Assembly: GCA_963722445.1 (NCBI GenBank)
Contig: CAVRMZ010000065.1
Span: 1-50,152 of the forward strand
DNA length: 50,152 nt
Reading direction: 5' to 3'
From: an uncultured Bacilli bacterium
GTDB lineage: Bacteria; Bacillota_I; Bacilli_A; RFN20; CAG-826
Shown: positions 1 through 8,958 of the stretch, one piece after another
Numbering within the stretch: position 1 is the stretch's first letter
How the letters are laid out: each line of letters begins with the position of its first letter
Position numbers and translations under genes: made by a program
The notes under the pieces: model-generated
What the model saw: the letters and a program-made list of their open reading frames with translations, nothing else
Databases searched by the model: none
Told to the model about the DNA's origin: nothing

Positions 1-208
1 CCGCCGCGCTGGACGAGGTTATCCCCCGGCGGGCTCAGGCCAGCTGCCGCGCCAGCGTCGTGAGCGGAAGGCCCACCTCCCGCACGGCCCAAAAGCACAG
101 GAGGCTCCGGGCGGTCACCTTCCGGCGCTGGTGCCCTGCGGCCACCACTTCTCGCGGGTCCAGGTGGCAGAGCTGCGCCACCCGCTCGACCACCTGCTCG
201 ACTCCAAG
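1..208 (-). pseudogene. C-terminal fragment of a REP-associated tyrosine (RAYT-like) transposase, frameshifted
   Basis: The minus strand reads LGVEQVVERVAQLCHLDPREVVAAGHQRRKVTARSLLCFWAVREVGLPLTTLARQL, then after a 1-nt shift LSPPG..VQRG. This resembles the HTH tail of Desulfobacterota RAYT transposases as I recall it. GC is 46/60 in the first 60 nt. Confidence 0.5.
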
Positions 209-784
209 TCACGAAGTTCGACCGGCGCACCCGATCCGTCCGGGACCCTCACGGGGATAATCAAAAACGATTTCGAGATAAACGGCCGCCAACAGCGTCC
301 ACGCTAAGCCAAGGTTGAGCGGAAGGGCCCACGAACGTTTGCCCCATTTATGATTAAAGCCGGCCGCCACGACGAAGCTCGCAGGAACGGCCCATACAAA
401 GATAAGCCAAGAATTCCAAGGCTTGCTTTGCCAACTCGGGACGATATGAAAACCAATATAAACGACGGCCGCAACGGTCCAAACAAAAACGATGCCTAAT
501 AATGCTGTAGCGATTTTATTGATTTTCTCTTGAGAAGGATTGCACTTGCCTTTCTCCACAAGCGAAGGCTCGCTTTGGTCATGAATCAAGTAATCAAGGG
601 TTACGCCATAAAACACGGCTAATTCATCGAGAGTGCCTAAATCTGGGATAGCTTCCCCATGTTCCCATTTGGAGATGGATTTATCCGTGTAATTAAATTT
701 CTCCGCCAATTCCCCTTGGGTTAAGCCCCTGGCTTTGCGAAGAGATGCCAGATTATGGCCGACGACAGGTGCTAAATCTTTCAT
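209..784 (-). CDS. XRE-family HTH regulator with C-terminal transmembrane helices; last ~10-15 codons probably chimeric
   Basis: HTH motif LRKARGLTQGELAEKFNYTDKSISKWEHG followed by three hydrophobic segments. The tail GPGRIGCAGRTS lies in the high-GC block. Confidence 0.85.
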   Translation of the reverse strand: MKDLAPVVGHNLASLRKARGLTQGELAEKFNYTDKSISKWEHGEAIPDLGTLDELAVFYGVTLDYLIHDQSEPSLVEKGKCNPSQEKINKIATALLGIVFVWTVAAVVYIGFHIVPSWQSKPWNSWLIFVWAVPASFVVAAGFNHKWGKRSWALPLNLGLAWTLLAAVYLEIVFDYPREGPGRIGCAGRTS

Positions 785-847
785 AACTTACTAGGATGAT
801 AACCTCCTATAAGCCTCAAAGCAAACCAAGGGGATTAAGAGGGGTAG

Positions 848-880
848 AAAAGGAGACGCCCCGTTGCGGGCGCCTCCTTT
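848..880 (-). terminator. Intrinsic terminator after the small ORF 920-1066
   Basis: Hairpin AGGAG(a)CGCCC..GGGCG(c)CTCCT with a T4 run on the minus strand. Confidence 0.55.
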
Positions 881-919
881 CTTCTTCTCATAATTCGTTA
901 AGTGTTCAAATGGTGAGGT

Positions 920-1066
920 TTAGTCTTTAACGGTTTCGACGGTTTCGACGTCATCGTCCAAGAAAATCGGTCCCTTAGCGGCGACTTCATCAAGAACAAA
1001 GCTATACGCTTCTTCTTCATTAGCCACAAGGGTGGATTCATCTTTTTTATTCTTTGATGCAAACAT
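920..1066 (-). CDS. Small acidic protein, 48 aa (MFASKNKKDESTLVANEEEAYSFVLDEVAAKGPIFLDDDVETVETVKD)
   Basis: AAGGAGG Shine-Dalgarno about 9 nt before the ATG at 1066, with a terminator downstream. Confidence 0.6.
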   Translation of the reverse strand: MFASKNKKDESTLVANEEEAYSFVLDEVAAKGPIFLDDDVETVETVKD

Positions 1067-1167
1067 TGATTCCACGCCTCCTTGTTTTCTTTTTTGCGTG
1101 AGATCATTAACTTCTGATCTCGCCATCAATATAGAGGACTTAGAATCCCCTGCAAGAGTTATGGATG

Positions 1168-1207
1168 TGAAATCGTTTTCAGTAAGGGGTTTCAGTAAGG
1201 GGTTTCA
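1168..1207. promoter_or_regulatory. cre/LacI-type operator overlapped by a tandem 13-bp repeat
   Basis: TGAAATCGTTTTCA (1168-1181) fits the cre consensus TGWNANCGNTNWCA. TTTCAGTAAGGGG occurs at 1177-1189 and 1190-1202. Confidence 0.4.
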
Positions 1208-1830
1208 TAAAAAATGCCGACATACACTAAACTATTTTTTACCCTTTCAGTAAACGCTTACATATTTTTTCATACATTTTCATTGTTTTTCATTCATTTT
1301 CATCGTTTTTGGAATAAACGATTCTTGAAAATCGTTTGTAAGGGGTTTTATAGGACTTTCGGATACTTATTGAGGGTTCGTTTCTTTTTGGCTTTGGCAC
1401 AACCGAAAAATGAAAAACCTTTGACGATTTTGGGATAGAAGGATTTTTCATGAGGAGTTCCCTTCAGTATTTTAGTGGGCCTTAGCTCTTTTGGATTCTT
1501 GCTCCAGCCAACGGCCAAAAAGCTTTTAGATATCAAGTTATCTCATTAGTTCTTGATCTCATTTTTTGAAAGATGGTCTTGCTATTGTGGTGGCCTCAGC
1601 CATTTCCCCGTGTTTATAGTCGAGGGCTATGGTAAGGCAGCGGGCCACATTTCAACAGCCTAGAAGATTCCTAAAATCCAAATGGCTTTTTAACGGACTG
1701 AGGAGCTTTTCTGCCCTTTAGGATTATCGGAAAGTTTTATGAAATCGCCGTTTTTCCAAATCACGTTGTCCCTCTATTTAGGAAATAAGGCGTACAATAA
1801 TCTCATTGGAGGTACATAAAAAACATACAA

Positions 1831-3804
1831 ATGTACAGTGAGGAAACGAAATCCTCAACCTTAGCCAAATTTTTTGCGATCTATGACTATGTGTTCGTGG
1901 ATACGTGTTCCTTGATGGAAGATTCGTTCCCGTCATTCATGGATACCCTAGCGGCTTCCAAAGAATATTGGAAAGATGGATTTAAAATCATTGTCTTAGG
2001 CGAATGCGTGCAGGAGCTTAAAAAACACGTGAGGGGCAAAGATAGCCAAGAAGCCCGTATCGAAGCAAAACGCGCGCTTAAAATCATTCGTCACGATCGG
2101 TGGCATGGGAAAACCCTGGCCATCACCAAATCCAACAGCAATTACGGATTTGCAGACAATGCCATTTTCTCCACCGTTTCCAGTCTCAGAATCCAAAAAA
2201 AGATTCTGATTATCACGCAGGACAAGACATTAGCAACCGACTTGAGAAAACTCAACAATCTTGACTCTCAAAGAGGTCGTTACGTTGAAGTCTTCCGTCT
2301 TAATGCGGATGGCGACTTAGAGGAAAACCCCGGCGAACTATTCCAGTCAAGAAACAGCGAAGGGCGCTATGTCGCCAAAGCCAACATCGAACCGATTCCG
2401 GAGAAACATTCCTTTTTCCATCATGACAATCACGCAGTGACGAAGATCGCTGTCGCTGAAGAGAGCGATACGAACGCCCTTCTTCCAACAGGTTCGCCTA
2501 TTTTTGAGCAAGATCGGCATTTATCCGCCAACTTGGCCAATCCGAATTATCCCCTTGATAAAAAGATCGTTGATATCGACAAGCAATTGGGGGACTTGAA
2601 TGCCCTCACATCAGATGCTCGGAACCATCTCTCGTTGGCCTACACTCTTGAGCAGTTGGCTTCTGAAAAAGCCAAACTGTCGATTCAAACGATTAAGACT
2701 CCAAATGTTCTGCCAACTTCCCTCCATAAAGAAGCCCCAGCAGGGACGAAGCCCCCTATGCTTAGTCAAACGACGCCGCCGGAGAAAGCCAAGATCGAGG
2801 AAAGACCTCAACCTTCTGCTGTCCCCGTTGCCAAAGGATGGTTTGAGTATGGGAAAACTGTTCAAGAGGGCCTCACTAAATGCGGGGTTCATCATAACTG
2901 GATTTTCCGAGATCCTTCCGTTCCGTATTTCGCTGCCGTTCATGGCCCATACGACATTACGGGCCTTGACCTTGATCAAGTCGCCCTTCAAGTCCAAAAT
3001 CTGAAGCCCGGCGAAAGCAAGGATGTTAGTTTTAAAGGTCTTGTGGCCCACATTGAGAAAACAACGCTCGACTATAAATGCTTTCTTGAGACGGTTAATG
3101 CTGTTTCGTCTAAAATCGTTAAGAATGAAGTCAAACCTCAGGACACGAAGCCCGTGGCCAAAGAAGCCAAGGTCGAGTTGCCTAAGGGAAACGCTAAACC
3201 CGTTTTGAAAGCCGTCGTCAAAAAGGCGCGGACGGCAAGAACCGAGAAAACGGCTGCTTCTAAAAAGGAGACCAAGATGATTTCTACCCCCAAGCCAGTT
3301 GAACAAGCCAAGACGAATTCCGTTTCCGCCAAACTGCTTACGAGCAATGGCGGTTTGGCAGCGACTCCTTCTGGTGCCACCCTTATTGTTGGCGTGCCTT
3401 CTGATCAAGACAAAAAAGCCTTTATTGAAAGACGCTCTCGCCGCGAGGACAACCCCGAAGTTTCGATTGTCAAAAAAGTCGGAACCCCAATGCCTGTTTC
3501 TAAAAAAGTCGCCATGGCCAAGCAAGCCCCTGTCCGCAAAGCTCAAAAGCAAGTTCAGCACACCTCCAAAATCTTGCCCGATAAAGCCCCGCATTCTCCT
3601 GAATATGAGGTGGCTTTAAAGGAAGATAACGACTTGAACGCCAAACTTAATAATCCAACTTACCCCAAGGAATCCGCCATCAAAGCGCTTCAGGCCCAAA
3701 AGGGAAGGATCAGCAAACTGAAACCCGACGAAGCCAAGGGCCTTCATTACAACCCCAAAGCCATTGAGGCGAAGCTCAAAGAACTTAGTGGCAAAAAATC
3801 TTAA
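1831..3804 (+). CDS. PIN-domain protein with a long Lys/Pro/Ala-rich extension and an internal repeat
   Basis: PIN acidic motifs VFVDTCSLM, ECVQEL, FADNAI and IITQDKTL within the first ~145 aa. GGAGG lies upstream. Confidence 0.75.
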   Translation: MYSEETKSSTLAKFFAIYDYVFVDTCSLMEDSFPSFMDTLAASKEYWKDGFKIIVLGECVQELKKHVRGKDSQEARIEAKRALKIIRHDRWHGKTLAITKSNSNYGFADNAIFSTVSSLRIQKKILIITQDKTLATDLRKLNNLDSQRGRYVEVFRLNADGDLEENPGELFQSRNSEGRYVAKANIEPIPEKHSFFHHDNHAVTKIAVAEESDTNALLPTGSPIFEQDRHLSANLANPNYPLDKKIVDIDKQLGDLNALTSDARNHLSLAYTLEQLASEKAKLSIQTIKTPNVLPTSLHKEAPAGTKPPMLSQTTPPEKAKIEERPQPSAVPVAKGWFEYGKTVQEGLTKCGVHHNWIFRDPSVPYFAAVHGPYDITGLDLDQVALQVQNLKPGESKDVSFKGLVAHIEKTTLDYKCFLETVNAVSSKIVKNEVKPQDTKPVAKEAKVELPKGNAKPVLKAVVKKARTARTEKTAASKKETKMISTPKPVEQAKTNSVSAKLLTSNGGLAATPSGATLIVGVPSDQDKKAFIERRSRREDNPEVSIVKKVGTPMPVSKKVAMAKQAPVRKAQKQVQHTSKILPDKAPHSPEYEVALKEDNDLNAKLNNPTYPKESAIKALQAQKGRISKLKPDEAKGLHYNPKAIEAKLKELSGKKS

Positions 3805-4154
3805 AATTGGTTTGTTTCAAATATTAACAAGCGCACGTTCTTATTATTTGACAGTTTTTGTCTCGATTACGGACTTTATTTTGTTCATTTTGATACGTTT
3901 GAAAATAGAATCGATTTGAGAAAACAAAAAAGAAGCGGAAATTATTTTTCTTTGACTTAGGAGGCCTATCTTTTTTGGCCCTTTTCTGCTTTACAGGCCT
4001 GTTTTCTTTAAATTTCTTTGGGCATTCGAAAAAGTTTTCCTAGAGAAAAACGCTTCAACAAACTTTCCCGCAACAAAATGGCGTTTTCATCTATTATATT
4101 AACGGATGTTCTTTTTGGGACTATGTTAGTAGTGCTTTATCCACAGGAAAAATC

Positions 4155-5708
4155 ATGTGCAAAATTAAAAAAATCCGACAATTCCTTCTCCTCATCTCTG
4201 TTATTTTTTTGTCAAGTTGTACGATTTATGATTTGAATGATTCCAGGGAGACTTCGACAAGCGAAACGCCATCCGACGAGAGCCTTACGCCTCGTTCTTA
4301 TGGCGAGACTTATGGGGCCCATTATCTGAAAGCGACCGGAACCCAGAAAATACTAGTCATCCCGGTCACCATTAACGGCTATGAGGATAATGCCACCCCT
4401 TCCGTTCTTTCAGACATTCAAAAGACCTTTTCCGGAAACGCCGGCGATACAGGCTGGCAATCGTTGAAATCCTTCTATTCGACTTCTTCTTTCGGAAAAC
4501 TGTCCTTGAATATCACCATCGCCAGTTCTTGGTACGCCTGTGGTTTCACCGCGGCTCAGATCACGGCCAAAAATTTGAGTAGTAACACCGCAGAAGGTGT
4601 CACATTTGTCCTAGATAACGCCATCGCTTGGTACAAGCGTACCTATAACACCAATTGCCGGGATTTCGATCAGGATGGCGATGGTTACATCGATGGGGTT
4701 TGGCTTGTGTATAGCGCGCCAGACTACTCGCAAGTCGCTTCATTAGGCAGCACTTTCTGGGCGTTTACGACTTGGGATGGCAACAACGCAAGTGTTTCCT
4801 CCCCCACCGCCAACAGTTTTTGCTGGGCCTCCTATGATTTCATGTACGAAGGCTATGGGACTTCGAAAGTAGATGCCCATACGTTCATTCACGAAACCGG
4901 CCACATGATGGGACTTGAGGATTACTATTCCACGAACAAAAAAGAATTTTCCGCTCCGATGGGATGCCTCGATATGATGGACTATAACATCTTAGATCAT
5001 GACGCTTACAGCAAATTTGCCTTTGGATGGGTCACCCCTTATAAAATTAATGCCGCGGGCACATTAACGCTTCGCCCCTCCGAATCCTCCGGAGACTGCG
5101 CCATCATTCCGACAAGCGGTGGCTTTAACGGAAGCGCCTTCGATGAGTACATGATGATAGAGTACTACACTCCGACTGGGCTCAACGAAAGCGACTCTCA
5201 ATCGAGATATGAAGGAAAATATCCTTTGGGTTTCACCGATAGCGGCGTCCGTGTTTACCATGTTGATTCTCGTCTCTGCGTCATTACCGAGACCACCAGC
5301 GGCGGGACCGACAGTTATTCTTACGGGCCCTATACCGATTCAATCGTTTCGGAATCCACCTACACTACCGCCAAAGGAACAATTCTGGCCAATTCCAATA
5401 CTTATGGCGACGATTATATGAATACAATCAAATCGCCTTCTCTTATCCAAGAGATGGATTGCACCGACAAGCGAAACTTTGCGAAAGTAAGCGACTCAAC
5501 CAATGCAGCAACTTTCAATAAAACGGATTATATCGCGGATAATGGAACGCTTTTCGGGAATGGAACCTCTTTCTCTTTGTCCTCTTATAAAGATTCGTTC
5601 CTCTATGGTTCCTCTGGCCGCATGAACGACGGAACCACGCTTCCTTTCAAAGTCTCGTTCTCTAACGAAAGCTCCTCAGGCGTCACTCTGACGGTTGAGA
5701 GTGCTTAA
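4155..5708 (+). CDS. M6-family (immune inhibitor A-like) metalloprotease, lipoprotein
   Basis: Lipobox LSSC; zinc motif HETGHMMGLEDYY; DQDGDGYIDG and DMMDYN motifs typical of the M6 domain. Confidence 0.88.
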   Translation: MCKIKKIRQFLLLISVIFLSSCTIYDLNDSRETSTSETPSDESLTPRSYGETYGAHYLKATGTQKILVIPVTINGYEDNATPSVLSDIQKTFSGNAGDTGWQSLKSFYSTSSFGKLSLNITIASSWYACGFTAAQITAKNLSSNTAEGVTFVLDNAIAWYKRTYNTNCRDFDQDGDGYIDGVWLVYSAPDYSQVASLGSTFWAFTTWDGNNASVSSPTANSFCWASYDFMYEGYGTSKVDAHTFIHETGHMMGLEDYYSTNKKEFSAPMGCLDMMDYNILDHDAYSKFAFGWVTPYKINAAGTLTLRPSESSGDCAIIPTSGGFNGSAFDEYMMIEYYTPTGLNESDSQSRYEGKYPLGFTDSGVRVYHVDSRLCVITETTSGGTDSYSYGPYTDSIVSESTYTTAKGTILANSNTYGDDYMNTIKSPSLIQEMDCTDKRNFAKVSDSTNAATFNKTDYIADNGTLFGNGTSFSLSSYKDSFLYGSSGRMNDGTTLPFKVSFSNESSSGVTLTVESA

Positions 5709-5783
5709 CATTGCGTTTTCGCCTTCTTGAAGAAGAGGTTTCTTTCGCGTAAGATAAAGACGTTTCACAAAGGACCAACTAAG

Positions 5784-6260
5784 ATGAAAAAGACTTCCAG
5801 TTTGCCAGGTTTGCTTGGATTATTAGCGCTTTTATTCACCGCCAGTGCCTTACTTTTTCCGCTAGGAACTGGTCTTACTCTTGTCATGCCCAACGGCTCC
5901 ACCGAGGCTTTTGCGGGCTATGATTTCGTCTTTGCCAACAACGCCGCTCAAATCATTAGCAGCCCTTCGATGATTGCGTTCTTCGTTCTTATCCTCGTCG
6001 CCGTTGTTTTCCAGCTTCTCGCCACTGCTTTTGGCTGGTATGGCGGGAAGTTCACCGCTTTCCTTCATATCGTAGCGGGCTTATGCTTGCTCACTTGTGC
6101 CGCTCTTATCTTCTTATCCCCGATCATCATTGGATCCTGGGTTACCGGTGACACCGTGACGCTAGGCTATGGTTTCATCGTGGCGGGCGCTTCCGCCGCC
6201 GCTTCGGCTCTCGTGAGCCTTATCATCGGCGTGCGTGGCTTTGCTATCAAAGCAAGCTAA
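5784..6260 (+). CDS. Hypothetical four-TM membrane protein
   Basis: Four hydrophobic segments. The ATG at 5784 follows AAAGGA; the ORF track starts at 5727. Confidence 0.7.
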   Translation: MKKTSSLPGLLGLLALLFTASALLFPLGTGLTLVMPNGSTEAFAGYDFVFANNAAQIISSPSMIAFFVLILVAVVFQLLATAFGWYGGKFTAFLHIVAGLCLLTCAALIFLSPIIIGSWVTGDTVTLGYGFIVAGASAAASALVSLIIGVRGFAIKAS

Positions 6261-6280
6261 GCAAAGACATTTTAACTTGC

Positions 6281-6309
6281 AAGTCTCTTCTAAAAGGAGG
6301 GACTTTTTT
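6281..6309 (+). terminator. Intrinsic terminator
   Basis: AAGTCTCTTC-loop-GGAGGGACTT followed by a T run. Confidence 0.7.
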
Positions 6310-6360
6310 ATTTCGTTTGGCCATGGAATCGAGTCAAATAGACTACTTCGAAAATAATCA

Positions 6361-6389
6361 TTGACGCTTTTTTGGCCTGTGCTTAAATA
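6361..6389 (+). promoter_or_regulatory. Sigma70-like promoter for the ncRNA candidate
   Basis: TTGACG, a 17-nt spacer, then the AT-rich -10 region TAAATA(AT). Confidence 0.55.
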
Positions 6390-6395
6390 ATAATT

Positions 6396-6628
6396 GCTTA
6401 GCGGGGAAACCTGCTAGGTTGCCCAAGCGATCGATCGTCGCATCAGAAGGGCCCCGCACTCCGTCCGTCGGGAAAGTAGTTGGAGGCGTCTATTCTAGGG
6501 GGTTCGCCCTGCTAGGAAAGGTGAGGGCTGTTGGTAGTCCCTATAGACCATCGGGACTGTGACCTCGTTCGGAAGGCGTCGTAAGCCTGACGAACGGAAT
6601 AGCTGTAAGCTCCACAAGGAGCTTTTTT
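6396..6628 (+). ncRNA. Unidentified, highly structured ncRNA of about 230 nt
   Basis: GC-rich island with no credible ORF. At least seven helices can be paired by eye, including GAAA and UUCG tetraloops and a three-way junction. It is bracketed by its own promoter and terminator. Confidence 0.7.
6607..6628 (+). terminator. Intrinsic terminator ending the ncRNA candidate
   Basis: AAGCTCC-ACAA-GGAGCTT followed by TTTT. Confidence 0.8.
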
Positions 6629-6827
6629 CTTGCCTTGTTTCTAGCAAGTTAGACTAAAGAGTCGAAAGTATTTTTCCGTTTGGCAAATCTAAGTTTCGTA
6701 GTTATTTTTCGTAGGGAAATTTCATTTTTTGCCGATATTGGCGAATAACCTTCGAAAAATAAAGAGTAAATATTTTTTAGTGTAAGGGCTTCCATTATAT
6801 GTTTTTCGTTCTTTAAGAAAACAAATA

Positions 6828-6855
6828 TTGACATGTTTTGGCTCCACCATAAAAT
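6828..6855 (+). promoter_or_regulatory. Sigma70 promoter of the opp operon
   Basis: TTGACA-N16-TAAAAT, about 65 nt upstream of oppB. Confidence 0.65.
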
Positions 6856-6919
6856 CCCGTTTATCGAAGGGAAACTCCTCAGAAGCACCCTTTGGTAGAA
6901 CAAAGAACAGGCATTTGTT

Positions 6920-7852
6920 ATGAACGGAAAGACTCTGATGTACATTTTAAAGCGCATTGGGATGGCGGTCCTGACTATTTTTGTTGTGGTCACAGTAACT
7001 TTCTGGTTTATGCAACTCATCCCTGGCGGTCCTTTTACGTCAGAGAAATCGGTGTCTGTGACGACGCTGACAGCGCTTAAAGCCAAGTATGGATTGGATA
7101 AGCCTATTTTCGTTCAGTATTTGATTTTTCTTTGGCGGTCTTTCACCTTTGATTTCGGTCTTTCGATGAAGCTGACAGGCATGAATGTCAACGACATTAT
7201 TTCTTCTGGAATGAAGTACAGTTTTCCGGTTGGTTTGATTGCCACGGTCATTTCTTTGATTTTCGGGACGGTTTTTGGTTCCGTTGCTGCCGTCAAGCGG
7301 GGAACATGGGTCGATCGCATCATCATGATCTTTTCTTCGGCTTCCGTGGCTTTCCCAAGTTTTGTCATCGCCACTTTTCTCCTTTACTTTTTCGCTCTTA
7401 AATTAGGTTGGTTCCCAACCGACTACGTCAATGGTGGGAATGCCGCCTTTATCCTTCCGATTATCACGTTGGCTTTGTATCCTTCGGCTTATATCACTCG
7501 GCTGTCTCGAAGCGCCACCTTGGATAGTTTAGGAAGCGACTACATTATTACCGCCCGAGCCAAAGGAGCCTCGAAAACACGCGTCCTTTTCGGCCATGTC
7601 ATGAAAAACTCCTTAGCCCCAACCATTACTTATGCGGGACCGATGTTCGCCAGCATCATCACCGGCTCCCTTGTCGTTGAGCAGATTTATCAGGTTCCAG
7701 GTATTGGGAGTGCTTTTATTAGTTCTATTTTGGGCCGCGATTATTCCTTAATAATGGGTACCACCGTTGTTTTGACGGACCTTATCGTTCTTATGACGTT
7801 GTTGAGTGATCTTTTCTATAAAATTGTGAACCCACGGGTGGAACTGGAGTAA
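6920..7852 (+). CDS. oppB: Oligopeptide ABC transporter permease OppB
   Basis: PGGPF, YGLDKP and FDFGLS motifs; EAA-like loop DYIITARAKG; VEQIYQVPGIG. Confidence 0.93.
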   Translation: MNGKTLMYILKRIGMAVLTIFVVVTVTFWFMQLIPGGPFTSEKSVSVTTLTALKAKYGLDKPIFVQYLIFLWRSFTFDFGLSMKLTGMNVNDIISSGMKYSFPVGLIATVISLIFGTVFGSVAAVKRGTWVDRIIMIFSSASVAFPSFVIATFLLYFFALKLGWFPTDYVNGGNAAFILPIITLALYPSAYITRLSRSATLDSLGSDYIITARAKGASKTRVLFGHVMKNSLAPTITYAGPMFASIITGSLVVEQIYQVPGIGSAFISSILGRDYSLIMGTTVVLTDLIVLMTLLSDLFYKIVNPRVELE

Positions 7853-7855
7853 CTT

Positions 7856-8953
7856 ATGAAACTTGGTGAAAAATTTCCATTTCCAATAAGTCTTCAGGTC
7901 GATTACGATCGCCCGAATGTTTATCATTTGAACGATTATGGCAAAGAAACCAAAGAAGCTTCCAAGGACGAGAAGGCGGCCCAGCAGAAGGTACGACCTT
8001 CCACTTCGTTCTTCAAGGACTCCGTCAAACGTTTTGCCAAAAACCCCGTAGCGATGACTTGCTTCGTGATTATGGTTCTTCTCATTCTCACCGTGATTAT
8101 CATGACTTTTGTCGACCCTTATAAATACGATCATCAATTGTCTCTTGATACTTACGATTCTTCCTACAATTATTTAGGTCCCTTTCAATACAGCGACACG
8201 GAGAAGGCTTTAATCGCTCAGGGACAATATGTATTCCCTCATATTTTTGGAACTGACAGTTCAGGGCGTGATTATTTTGCGAGGGTTCTGTGCGGCACCA
8301 GCGTTTCTCTTTCCGTTGGTTTTTTCGCCGCTTTGATTGTTCTCGTCATCGGTTCCATTTATGGTTCTATTTCGGGTTATTTTGGCGGAAAGATTGATCT
8401 TTTCATGATGAGAATCGTCGATGTCATCTATTCGCTTCCTGATATTGTTTTAATTATTCTTATTTCGGTAGTCCTCAAAAAGATCCTGCCTTCGACTGAT
8501 GGGGGCATTATTTCTAAGCTTGGTCCTGGGATGATCTCGATTTTCATTGTTTTTGCCTTGCTCTATTGGGTTGGCATGGCTCGTTTAGTAAGAGGCCAAG
8601 TTCTTTCTTTGAAAGAGCAGGAGTACGTTTTGGCTTCTCGTTCCATTGGGGCAAGCCCATGGTTTGTCATCAAAAAACATCTTTTGCCTAACAGCATGTC
8701 GGTCATCATCATCTCAGCGGGTCTTGAAATTCCAAGCGCTATTTTTACCGAATCATTCCTTTCGTTCTTGGGTTTAGGCGTTGATGCCCCTATGGCCTCT
8801 TTGGGAAGCTTGGCCAGCGCTGGTGAGAACGGGATGAAGGTTTATCCATACTTGCTTTTCATTCCCGCCTTCACGATTTGCTTCATTGTGCTTTGCCTTA
8901 ATCTCATTGGCGATGGTTTGCGCGACGCTTTTGACCCAAAGCTCCAGAGGTAA
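7856..8953 (+). CDS. oppC: Oligopeptide ABC transporter permease OppC
   Basis: HIFGTDSSGRD, EYVLASRSIGA, ESFLSFLGLG and GDGLRDAFDPK motifs. Confidence 0.93.
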   Translation: MKLGEKFPFPISLQVDYDRPNVYHLNDYGKETKEASKDEKAAQQKVRPSTSFFKDSVKRFAKNPVAMTCFVIMVLLILTVIIMTFVDPYKYDHQLSLDTYDSSYNYLGPFQYSDTEKALIAQGQYVFPHIFGTDSSGRDYFARVLCGTSVSLSVGFFAALIVLVIGSIYGSISGYFGGKIDLFMMRIVDVIYSLPDIVLIILISVVLKKILPSTDGGIISKLGPGMISIFIVFALLYWVGMARLVRGQVLSLKEQEYVLASRSIGASPWFVIKKHLLPNSMSVIIISAGLEIPSAIFTESFLSFLGLGVDAPMASLGSLASAGENGMKVYPYLLFIPAFTICFIVLCLNLIGDGLRDAFDPKLQR

Positions 8954-8958
8954 CGCAT

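Noticed and set aside
2611-3594. 327-aa antisense ORF inside the PIN gene
   Set aside because: It is a shadow of the Lys/Pro-rich coding strand, with no RBS or motif.
4137-4145. Perfect DnaA box TTATCCACA
   Set aside because: It is a single copy with no cluster and no dnaA/dnaN nearby, so there is no evidence for oriC.
6449-6476. GCCCCGCAC..GGGAAAG, resembling a cobalamin riboswitch; also the 5' GCTTAGCGGGGA resembling B. subtilis scRNA
   Set aside because: The B12-box, the 5' GGGAA..GGTG..AATCC elements and the SRP helix-8 motif (CAGG..GGAAGGAAGCAG) are all missing. The downstream operon also has its own promoter.
6587-6597. CTGACGA, a hammerhead-ribozyme-like core, in the ncRNA candidate
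   Set aside because: No stem II plus GAAA follows it, and the bases are better explained by the 6565-6597 hairpin.
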